A program made the translations under genes and the position numbers. Below, piece by piece: positions 35,602 through 47,100 of a stretch of 64,000 bases of DNA (positions are counted from its first letter, which is position 1; each line of letters starts with the position of its first letter). The stretch comes from Monocercomonoides exilis PA203. Lineage: Eukaryota > Protista > Preaxostyla. The stretch is from positions 1,488,001 to 1,552,000 of the forward strand of contig LSRY02000016.1 of NCBI GenBank assembly GCA_001643675.2, given 5' to 3'. The notes beneath the pieces were generated by a model, which was not told the DNA's origin, did no database searches, and was given only the letters and a program-made list of their open reading frames with translations.

Positions 35602-38600
35602 ATGGCAACTTTGGAACTCGAACATTGCGTTGGAGGAATTTATACAATTTCTAATTCACTTCATTATCATAATGATGGTAAAACAATTGTCACAGTTGCA
35701 GGAGCCGCAATTGTTTTATCTGATATTACTGATCCTCATAATCAATCGTTTTTGCACGGACATTCTGGAACCATTTGCTCAATTGCATTATCTCCGAATG
35801 GTGTGAATTTTGTTGGAGTTTTATTTTTGAACTTTTTCTCATTTCAATTAATACAAAAAATAATCTATCAATGAAAGGAAAATACATCGCAAGTGGCCAA
35901 CTTGGAGATGATGCAGATGTCATTGTTTGGGACTTTGAACGAAAAAAATTAATTCACAAACTTTGCCAACATGAACATGGAGTTTCAACGATTGCATTTT
36001 CTTTGGACAGCAGACTATTATTGACTGTGGGAGACTTTTTTGACAGAAAGTTATTCATATGGGATATTGAATCTGGTGGAATTGTTGCAAATGTCCAAGT
36101 TACGTCAACGGGCAGCGCTTCAATACATCAAACAGCAGCAGACAAACGACCTCCCCCGCAGCCTTCACGAATGACTGCTGCAACTGGTTCAGTGCGTGCA
36201 TCTTCAAGCTCCACAATGGGAGAAGGTGAGTATGTTGCTGCTGCTTGGGGAGGACATGCTAGAGATATCAAGAGGCGAGAAACGACGGATTTGATTTTTG
36301 CAACGGCAGGTCCGATTGTTTCGCTATGGACGTTGACTCCTCACACAGGAGAATTGCATCAAGAAAAGGTTTGAAATAGAAACTTTAAGGACAAAAATCA
36401 AAAATTACATTCATTTCCAATCATTAAAATATATCTGCATTTTTTTTTGTAATTCTTTCAGTTTCAAACAGGTTCGACGGTGCGTTCATTTACGTCTGTT
36501 GGTTTCACGACAGATGGAGAAAGATGCATTGCAGGAACCACGAGTGGGGATTTTGCTGTGTTTCTGGTGAGGACAATGGTTATGGAGATGCTTGTGCCGG
36601 CATGTTCAGGAGGAATAAGGTTTGGACTTTTGATGTGACACTTATTTGCAGTTTATTTAAAATTGATTTTTCTTCTTTTCTTTTTTTCTTTTTAACTTTT
36701 AAATTTATTTGAACATTTATCTCTTTCTTTCTTCGACTATTATGATATATATTTATATTTATATTTATATTTATATTTATATTTATATTTATATTTATAT
36801 TTATATTTATATTTATATTTATATTTATATTTATATTTATATTTATATTTATATTTATATTTATATTTATATTTATATTTATATTTATATTTATATTTAT
36901 ATTTATATTTATATTTATATTTATATTTATATTTATATTTATATTTATATTTACATATTAATTCCCTCTTATCTCCTTCAATCACCTGACAAATGAAACT
37001 GCAGAACAATTCTTGTTCTCCCTTCAAACAGCATTCTTGTCGGAGGCGGTGACGGAACACTAACCAAATTCAGCCCATCCGGCAGATCTTACATTGCCAC
37101 AAACCAGAAGCGTATTGGAGAGCCACTTCCAGTTGCGTCTTCAGCTGCCCCTTCACTTTCTCATTCATACCAAATGCCTTCTTCGTCAAGCTCATCTTCT
37201 TCAGCCACGCCTTCTTCTTCCTCTTCCTCTTCATCGTCGTCTTCAACGGGTTTGTTCATTTGATTTTCTCTTTGTATTGTTGTTTTTGAATTCTTTAACT
37301 GAATTTTAATTGTTGTTGTGGATTTTTTTTCCTTTTTTTTCCTTTTTTTACATGAAAAATGTTATTTCCTTCAATTTTCATTGATATTTTGCTATTTATA
37401 GCGCCTTGCCCACCAATCACTGCACTGTCTAATGGAGGTGGTGAAACACGTGTAATAACTGCTTCAATAGATGTTTGTTTAACGAAAAGACAATTATTAT
37501 TAATTCATGTGTTTTTTGTTTATTGAAAAATTTTTTTAAACATAAAATGGAACATATTTTGAATATTATCATCTTTTGTTTTTATTTTTATTTTTATTTT
37601 TATTTTTATTTTTATTTTTATTTTTATTTTTATTTTTATTTTTATTTTTATTTTTATTTTTATTTTTATTTTTATTTTTATTTTTATTTTTATTTTTATT
37701 TTTATTTATTTATATCTTTTGTATTTCCAATCAATCTGAATCAAATACTTTATTTCTATCGTTTCAGGGAACTGTCCATTCTACCAGTCTAACTGACTGG
37801 AGTGTTGTGCCACTCTCTTACTCTCATTCAGGTCCTGTCACTTCTCTTTCATTTCCATTGGCCATTTCTGATAAGTTCGCCACATGCTCTCCTGACGATG
37901 GTTTGATTCTTGTGTTGTTTTGATTGAGGATTTAATTTAATTTAATTTAATTTTTTTTTTAATTTTTATTTTCTTGTTCTGCACTTTTCCCTCATTTGAT
38001 TGAAATAACCTTTTGAAACAATGTTTAAAACCAAAAAATATTCATATATATACTTTATTATTTATTTATTTTATCACAATTTTCCATATCAAATTACTTT
38101 TTCTTCTCATTCTCAAACACCCTCCCTCCCTCTCTCCCTCTCTCCAATGTTTCAGGCACCGTCCGTGTGTGGGACTTATCCACATATGACACACTCTCCC
38201 TCTGCCAAGTAGCCAAAGAGCACCCTCGTTGTGTGAGCTGGTGTGGAGATTGTCTGTGTGTTGGGTACGACAGCGGCGAAATCCGGTTTGTTGATGGCTT
38301 CAGTGGAGATGTTCTGTGGACAGTGGTTGGGGCACATAAGGGGATGTGCAGTGCGATCTGCGGGACAGGTGCATCAAGCAGCAGCAGCTATGGAGGAGGA
38401 GAAGGAGAAGCTAAAGCTACATTGGGCGGAGGGAGTGAGCTGTTTGTGTCTGGCGGAGAAACAGGCGAGGTGCGTGTGTGGTCGGTGCGTGATCGCTCGC
38501 TGAAGACGCAGCTGAAAGAGCACACGCAACGAGTGAGTGGGGTGACTCTGTTTGGAGACAGAAGCCATTTTGTCTCATGGTCAAAAGATGGAAGATGGTC

Positions 38601-39468
38601 GTGTGTGGATCTGGCGAGGGAGAGGAGGGTGGGGTCGTATCGAAGCAGAGGGTCGATTTTGGGGCTGGCGCTGCTGCCGGATGAGCAGAGGGTGATTACC
38701 ACGTGCTCGGATAGATGTGTTGTGTATGATTGGAGGAAGAAAGAGAAAGAGAAAGAGAAAGAGAAAGAGAAAGAAAGAAAGAAAGAGAAAGAGATTTTAA
38801 GAAACTGATGCATTTTGAATTTTTTGTTTATTTTTGAAATGAATGAAGATGCTTCTTTTTGAATAATTGTGTAATGTTTCATCATTTTTCAAATTTAATG
38901 CGATATTTTTCAAATTTTTGTTATATCTTCTTTCTTTCTTTTTTTTTTTTTGAATTTGATAATGATCATTTTCAACTCCAGTTTCTGGGATATGGCTGTG
39001 GCTGATCCTGTTCGCGTTATAAAAGATGCACATGAAGATCAAGTTACTTGCATTTCGGTATGATTGTTTCAAAGGAAGTGAAATATCGTGAATATGAAAT
39101 AGAATTTTATAATTAACAGTTGAAAAATTATGTTTTTTTTTTTTGAATAATTATGAAAATTTTCTTGCTTTCTTTCTTTTTATTCTGGTTTTTGTTTTGT
39201 TATCTTTTGTAATTTCCATATTAATTATATATTTTTTTCATTTTTTTGTTTATTCTTGTGTCTCTTAACATTTCTTTTATTATTATTATTATTATTAACG
39301 ATAAGGTTGCAAATGATTCAGATATGTTTGCCACTGGTGGAATGGATAATGTAGTGAAGCTGTGGGATTTGAAAGGATCGCTCATTGGTGAATTCCATGG
39401 ACATTCAGCGTATGCTTCTGGAGTGTTGATGGATGATTCTTTCTTTCTTTCTTTCTCTCTCTCTCTCT

Positions 39469-39527
<59 letters not shown>

Positions 39528-39813
39528 CCAATGATGAAAAAGAAAGGAAAGGAGGAGAGTGAATATTTATTCTAATTATTCAAAATCTAAATTCTATTTT
39601 TTCTTCTTTTTCTTGGGAAATTTCATTTTTATTTATTGTAATTTTATTTTATTTTATTTTTATTTTTTATTTATTTGTTATTTATAAAATGGTTATTCAT
39701 TATCTTGCTTTTCTTGCTTAAGGTCAATCAATGCAATTGGATTTACACCAGATGATAAGCAACTTATTTCTGTTGGCGATGATGGAAATTGCCTCATATG
39801 GAATGTATATTAA
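35602..39813 (+). CDS. WD40-repeat protein, CFAP52/WDR16-like (axonemal), multi-exon
   Basis: N-terminus [12 protein letters not shown]...[27 protein letters not shown]...ADVIVWDF resembles CFAP52. Further WD repeats ([41 protein letters not shown]); ends [21 protein letters not shown] at 39813. May be a paralog rather than the orthologue. Confidence 0.75.
36749..36952 (+). repeat. Intronic (ATATTT)n microsatellite
   Basis: Directly visible in a WD40-gene intron. Confidence 0.95.
37579..37709 (+). repeat. Intronic (TTTTTA)n microsatellite
   Basis: Directly visible in a WD40-gene intron. Confidence 0.95.
39472..39527 (+). repeat. Intronic poly(T) preceded by (CT)n
   Basis: Directly visible in the last WD40-gene intron. 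Confidence 0.9.
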
Positions 39814-41198
39814 CTCGCAAAGTTGCAATTCTTTTGTTTCTTCTTCTTCTTCTTCACTTCTTTACGTTTGATTTAAATTTTTTCAGAATTAAATATTTCT
39901 ATCATGGCAAAAAACAAGAATTTTTTATTTGAAAAATAATAATTTTCTGAAATCATTTTTTAAATGAGATTAAAAAACAGCAAACAATTTCCAGAGGAAA
40001 GGATGAAGTGCAAAAAGATTGTGGATTTATATTTGTATTATAAATGGTAATTGGGCTTTATTCTTCAGTTTTTTCGTTTTTATTTTTGACGAATTTAGTC
40101 AATAATGGTTATCTAATTTATTGAAATCCAGTTTTCTCATTGAATATAGCAATAGTCGATTGGATTTATGCAATGCATGCATTAACATTTAAAGAACTAG
40201 CTTTTTGTGCTGTATTTTGCAGCATTAATTACTTCGAATCTTTGAAATATTTATTTCATTTTACAGTGTCATTTCTGGTCATAAAGTCTTGATAAATAGA
40301 ATCGTTGAATATTTTGCACTCAAATTTCATCATTCGCACGCTAGCTTGAACATTTACAGTTAATCGTGAAATTATTAAAAAGAGCAAGGGAAAAATCGAA
40401 AATGATGATTAAATCTTGAACATATCCACAAAAAGAATGTTGATTGGTGTGCATACCTTCTTACAATTTTTGCACAATGTTCATCATTTTGCTTTGAAAT
40501 GCAAATGGCTATATCTTTCTGTGATTTTTATTCAATATTTGATAATGAAAATTGCATTAATCTCTCCGGGAAGGCATATAAGTGCATCAAAAATGCTTGT
40601 TCATTTCATGAAGCATCTTATTAAATTTCATAAGAGTGCAGCATTTGGCATTATCACAGAAAATTTGTTTGGATGAATTGCAAACTTCAAATATTTGCAT
40701 GAAATACCTCTTGCAATTTATGTTTTCATCAAATTGAAAGAGAAGAAATCTTGTTATTTCTCTATTTTGGCTCCCGTTGTAAAAGAATGGAAGTATTTTT
40801 GATTCGAGAGAAGAAAAATATCAACTGAAAAGAAAGGAATGCATATGGGGAGATGAAAGAAATTAACAAATTTGCAGGTGTTAATATGTGCAAAGGAATG
40901 TGCTTGTTAGCAAATACAATAAAATGGATAGAGAAGTCATTGTTTTCTGAAGAGTTTGATCTTGAAATTGCTGAAGAATTGATGTTAAATTATTATTTTG
41001 AAATATTTTCAGATGAGTTCTGCACATTCAAGTCAGAAATTGAAGAATGGTTGAAAAGAGTGTGTTGAAAATTTTAACTGAATAACAGCCGATTTCATTT
41101 CTTACCATTTGAAACAAAAAAATCTTTCTCACGGATCAATGTTCCCCATTAAGATTCGTAATTACGATCATGCCCTTTATCAAAAAAAAACGGTGAGA

Positions 41199-44100
41199 AT
41201 GTTCAGAGAAAAAATGAAATTTCTCTTTATCATGATTCCGATGTGTTTGCTTTTGTGCAGCAACGGAATATGCAGAGAAGTATGTGCGAAGAGTTATGAT
41301 TTCTCCGAAAGCAAAGCATTCGAAGTATATGAATTGTCAAAAAATACAAATGATTTCAACAGAAAATCAATGGTCAGTAATTGTTTGTTTGAAACATTTG
41401 AGCAACAACAAAAATGTGGAATAAACAAAGCAGAATTGTTTGGAACTTTGACGAACGATTTCACTTCACTTTTAATGCTTGAAAATTCAACACTGAACTT
41501 ATTGAATATGAATTGCAATTGGGATGAAAAATCGAGACTTTCAGAAATTGACAACAGTTCGTCATTGTCTCTTGCTGATTGTGATATTCATCGAGAGGAT
41601 TTGACAACAAGAAGTTTTATCGAATCATCTGGCACTCTAATTTTATCAAACGTGTCAATTGAATCAGGTATCCAAGAAATGAAACAGATTTATCCATTGG
41701 TCGAGATGTCTGACAATTCTTTACTGTCTGTCCGTCGCTGTATCTTCACATCTATTACTGTGGAATCTTCTTCTATGCTGTTTTCTGGAGTTTCTTCGTC
41801 GGCAGATATTTCTCAATGTGTCTTCAAGAACATCACTAAAGCACCGCAAGATGCAAACAAAGAAACAGCACTTCAAAGAGATGAAAATGTTGAAAATATT
41901 AAAATTGAAGGATGTATGTTTATTTTCTGTGATAATCCTTATTATGGAGCAGTTATCTTTCCTTCTTCTGACTCGTTTGTGATGACAAACTCTTCATTTA
42001 ATTCATGTTTGAATTATCGAAATATCGAAATGAACAGATCGTTTTATGAGAAGCAAACATTTTCATCTGGGAATGTGTCTTTTACTGATTGCTTCTTTAA
42101 ATGTTCATCAAATGAAAATGGAGGTGCGTTAAATGTTGGTGGAGAATCAACAACGTGCAGTATTTTGCGATGCCATTTTAATGAATGTTCGGTGAATAAT
42201 ACAAATCAAAATGTGAGTGGTGGATGCTTTTTTTTTCTTGATATATTTGCAGCGAGCAGTGTGGATTCAAATTATACTCACTCATATTCTTCATATTGTT
42301 GTGGTGGATGCTATTTGCGAAACATAAAAAGTGTGCAAATGAGATATTGTATAATTGCACATTGCACTTCAATGTTTTACTCAGGAATGGAAATTGATTT
42401 TACAATTGAAACAGTTGTACAATCGTGTTTGATTCATCATTGCAATGGACCAAACAAGAATGGAGGTTTAGAAGTTTATTCGGGAAAAAGATTTATAAAA
42501 ATAATTGAATGTTATTTACACAGTTGTTTTACAAATTTGGGAGGTGCTATTGATTTTCACCGTGCAGATCATCAAATACCCTTTGGATCTTCGATATCGT
42601 ATTGCTTCTTTTCAAATAATACATCAACTGAACAAAATTATGGAAGAGATATCACACTTTTTGAAAATTGGATCGGAAAAATCAGAGACGAAGATGTTGT
42701 TCAGTGCTGCTCGACAAGCAATAAACCTCGTGCAACTGATGGAGGAACAAACAAAGATAAATGGCTTCATGATCCTCCAATTTCAAGTGAATCTTTTATA
42801 GAGTTCTTTGTTTGCTCTCGAAGAGGGCAAGATTTGGATGGATGGGGAGATAGAACTCGACCATTCAAAACTGTGTCATTTTGTTTGAGCAAGAGATCGG
42901 GTCAAAAGATAACTGTTTGCAGAGGGGAATATGAAGAAGGCAGCATCAATGTTGGATCATTTGAAATGAACCTAATTGGAGATGGGATTGACAATTCATT
43001 CCTAACGTCGCATGATGTTCATGAAAATCTTGCCTTATTTATTGTTGAAGGCGGAGAACTTGAAGTCATTCGATTTTCACTCGTCCACTCAGCGGAAGCA
43101 TCATCTGATGCAAGCTTTCTGGCAATGCTTGATGAAGGAAGTGCTAAATTCTCACATTGTGAAATAAAAGGAAATTCAGAGGTTTCATCAACGATGTTTT
43201 CAGTTCCATTCATGGATCTGAGAAGTGGGATAACACACATTGACAACTGTAAATTCCAAAATATTTATCTTCGGCACAACTCGCTGATTCTGAATGCTTG
43301 TGTTGGAAATTTGGAAATAAACGGAACATCGTTTTCAGAAATAAAACGAAATGCAGGGAATGGGTCTGTTTTCGAAATTGTGGTTGAGGATGGTGAGAAT
43401 ATGCAATTGAGTGATCTTGCAATTGAGAAGTGCTCATGTGCAGAAGGGAATGGAGGTGCAATAAAAGCAGATATGAAGAGTGGAAGTCGACTGGAGATTT
43501 GTGGCACGAATTTGAGCAATGGTGAATTTACAATTTGTTCATGCTCTGCTAAAAATGGGGAAAGTGAATGGGGAGCTGGAGGAGGAATAATGCTGGACTG
43601 CCGCCAGGGAGGAAGTGATTTTGTTCTAACATCAATTAGTTTTTCTGAAAATTCAGCAACATTCGGCAAGAACATATTTGTTGTTGGAACAAAATTGGAA
43701 GAAGTGTGTTCAGCATCAAAATTTGCATTTCCGCTGAATGAAACTTCGTTGGATGAGTTGATGGGGTTTGAAAGCAGCGAGATTGGAGCTGCAGTTCCTC
43801 TTATTCTGCTGTGGGAACCGCTGCCCTCTGTTGTGATTGTAAGTGGAAGAAATGGAGTCGATCATATTCGATGCGGATTTGCCATTTCTCCGTGTAGTAC
43901 CATTGAATATGCGGAAAAGACCAATTTCAGTTCGTTTGATAGAAAAATCAAGATTGTTCCTCCTTTTGAGTTTGATCGTTCATCTGTTTTGGAAACCAGA
44001 GATTGCGAGATTTATGTTGAAGCAAAGGGAACAGTGATTGAGATTGTTGGAGATTCATCGTTACCTGAGAATGGATTTATTGAAACGAGAATAAACGCAG

Positions 44101-47100
44101 ATTTCTCCAACATCACATTCCAGCTTCCTTCAACACTACCAGATGGCAAGCCTTTTCTGTGCTGCTCGAAGAGCATTTTGAAACTTCTCGACTGTGGACT
44201 TGGAAAGATCTCATCAGAAGTTGTGTTTCAGTCGACATTTTGCGGTGTTGTTGGAGGACAACTTAACATTACGAACTTTTTGATGACGGAATTGTCATTT
44301 GACTCTTCTTTTGTGCTTTCAATTGGAGAGAGTTCTGATGCAATATTGGACGGAATTAACATGACAAAAGCGAGTGGCACTGACAAGAGTTTGATTGTCG
44401 AAGAGCAGAAAGGGGCAATAACTGTTCAAAACTGCACTTTTGAATCGTTCGAAGGAAGAGATTGTGCAATAATTATGTGGAAAGGTGGAAAGGACTTGAA
44501 AGTGAAAAGCACAAATATGTCATCAGTGACAAGGCAAACAGGGAATGGAAGTGGAATCTGTCTGAAATGCAATGATGGGGATGTGTCAATTGTCAGCTGT
44601 GTTGAATGCAGATTTAACCTGTGTGCAGTTGATGAAGAGCAAAGCGGAGGAGGAGGTATATACGGAATTTTTGAAAAAGGATGTGAAATAGAAATTGATA
44701 AAAGCAGTTTCATATCATGCAGTGCTCCTGGAATTGCGGAAGGGGAATCAAAAAAGGGCAAAGGAGGAGGATTGCTGCTGGATGTCACACATCAAGAAGC
44801 AAAATTTGTAATATCTGAGCCAACATTCAAACACAATTCGGCAGAGTTTGGGAAAAACTTGTTTTTGTTTGCCAACGATTTGAATAAGAGTGTCACAAAG
44901 GATTCGTTTGTCTTTGATTATAGTGAAATGAAAGACGACAGCACGTTATTTGAGGGAAGCGATGATAATTTTACAAATGAAGATCTCTTCCGATTCCTTG
45001 TTCAATATACGAGCAATGAGATTCATGTGTCTGCAAGAGGATTAGATGTGTTGAGGTGCGGAGCAGAGGATGATCCATGTCGAACATTATGGAGAGGAAT
45101 GAAACAGATTGATTTGAATGGAGTGAATAAGACAATTATTATTTGTGAATCCTGTGTTGTTAGCGATCTGTTTGATCTTTCTAGCTTTTCTGTGAGATCG
45201 AGCTCAAATGATTTGGATCGAGCAGAAATGGCTATTTTGATGTTTGAGAATTTGGACGCTGTCAGAGACAATCCAACAATTACAAGTGAAAAAGATCTTT
45301 TATTAAGTGAAATTGGTATTCAAGCCAAAGAAAACTACCAGAGTTTGAATAATGTTTTGCTGTTGTGTCAAAATGGGCTTTTAGAACTGACACACTGCAA
45401 ATTTGATTCTTTGTCAACTCCAAACGCCCCTCTAAGTGCATCATTTGTGCGAATAGATTGCGGAAGACTTGACATAAATGAATTGAACGTTGAATCAATA
45501 AACATTGGAAGGAGCATGATTGTTGTTAATGATTTCAAAGAAATTTCAATAACAGATATTGAGGTCAGATCATGCAATATCAGTGGCGGGAGTATATGTG
45601 AAACTTCACACTCAAATGAAAGGAGTGGAAACAGTGAAGGAGCACGAATAACTGTAACAGACTCTGTGTTTGAGGCGCTGAATGGATTAACAGATGAAAG
45701 CCGAGCAATGAGCTTCAAAGATACAACAAATATTGATGTTTTGCTTAACGAGAGTGTATTTTCAGCTTGCCAGTCAACAAAAAATCAGAAAGGAGGAACG
45801 ATAATGATCGAGCTGGAAGCGAATGGATGCCTGCAATTTACACAATGCACGATTGAAAAGAGCGGTTGTTCCACCACAAATGGAATTGGTGGAGGATTAT
45901 TCCTGAGAACTGATTTGAAATCTGATTTGGACTTTTTGATTGAGCCAACGAAATTTGATGCTAATACGGCTTTTGTTGGCCGAGATGTCTTTGTGGAGTG
46001 TGAAAGTTTAGAGTCTCAAATTAACGAGAAACATTTCAGAATCCACTTCAATGAGAGTTTTATTCGGCAAAACGCGTTGTTTGGGATTGACAGAAGCGAT
46101 TTTTCGTCGGAGCCAGTCGATTTGTTGAACTTTATTTTGATATATCAATCAGACACAATCATTGTTTCCTCAGATGTGGAAAACAAAGGCGAAGATTCAA
46201 GAAATTGTGGAACAAGAGTTTTGCCATGTATTTCAATTGGATATGGACTGTGTCATTTAACGGATGTTTTTGAAAGCAGACTTATTATCGATAAATCAAG
46301 TTCAATTGAACAAGAAGTGGAGCTGAAAGGAGTTGTTGTCGCTTCTCGAAATCGAAATGTTGCTCAGATACGTGTTTGTTTGTCTCAAAGAATCAATGGG
46401 AATGCAGTTGTCGTGTGTTCTGGTGCAAGTGAAATGCATCTTCTTTCATTTTTGTTTTCATCACCGATATCCTCTCCACATATCTCATTTATAAGTGCAA
46501 CTGAAGATATGTTGATTATTGAGGATTGCCTGTTTGGTTGCGAAAATGAGTTGAGTGATGTCTCGATTCCATTCAGTTTGATTAACATCAGCAATGTTGA
46601 GTTAATAATGAATAATATTTCGATATCTGATGTGGTATTTGATTGTGATAGTTTGATTTCCATTGAAAAATGTGAAAGAGATGTTAGCATTGAAAAACTG
46701 TTGATAAATAATGTGACAGCAGACAACAATCTGTTATTAATAAGAGGCGACGAGTTTCCTTTAAGTGATGAAGCACGCACAATTTTAATTTCTGACTCAA
46801 GATTCATGAACACCAATTGTCACTCAAATGTTGGATCCACAATTTTCATACAATCAGTAGCAGCCCCCTTCCAGTTGTGTAATAGCGTGTTCGATAACTG
46901 TAAATCTTCGAGTGAAAAAGGAAGCACGATGAGTGTAAATTTTTGTTTGGATGTGAGTATTTCTTCATGTATTTTCAATGGAGACATCAATTTCAATGAA
47001 AGCAATGATGCAATTAATGAAGATGTTTGCAAGTGGAACTGTTCATTTGTTGATGTTGTTGACACATCGATGAAAATGACTGGAACTTCGATTTCTAATT

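Noticed and set aside
40200-41068. Short ORFs 40416-40676 and 40853-41068 as an EnSpm-like transposase or a gene
   Set aside because: Coding-like, but no convincing motif series; probably an unidentifiable pseudogene fragment.
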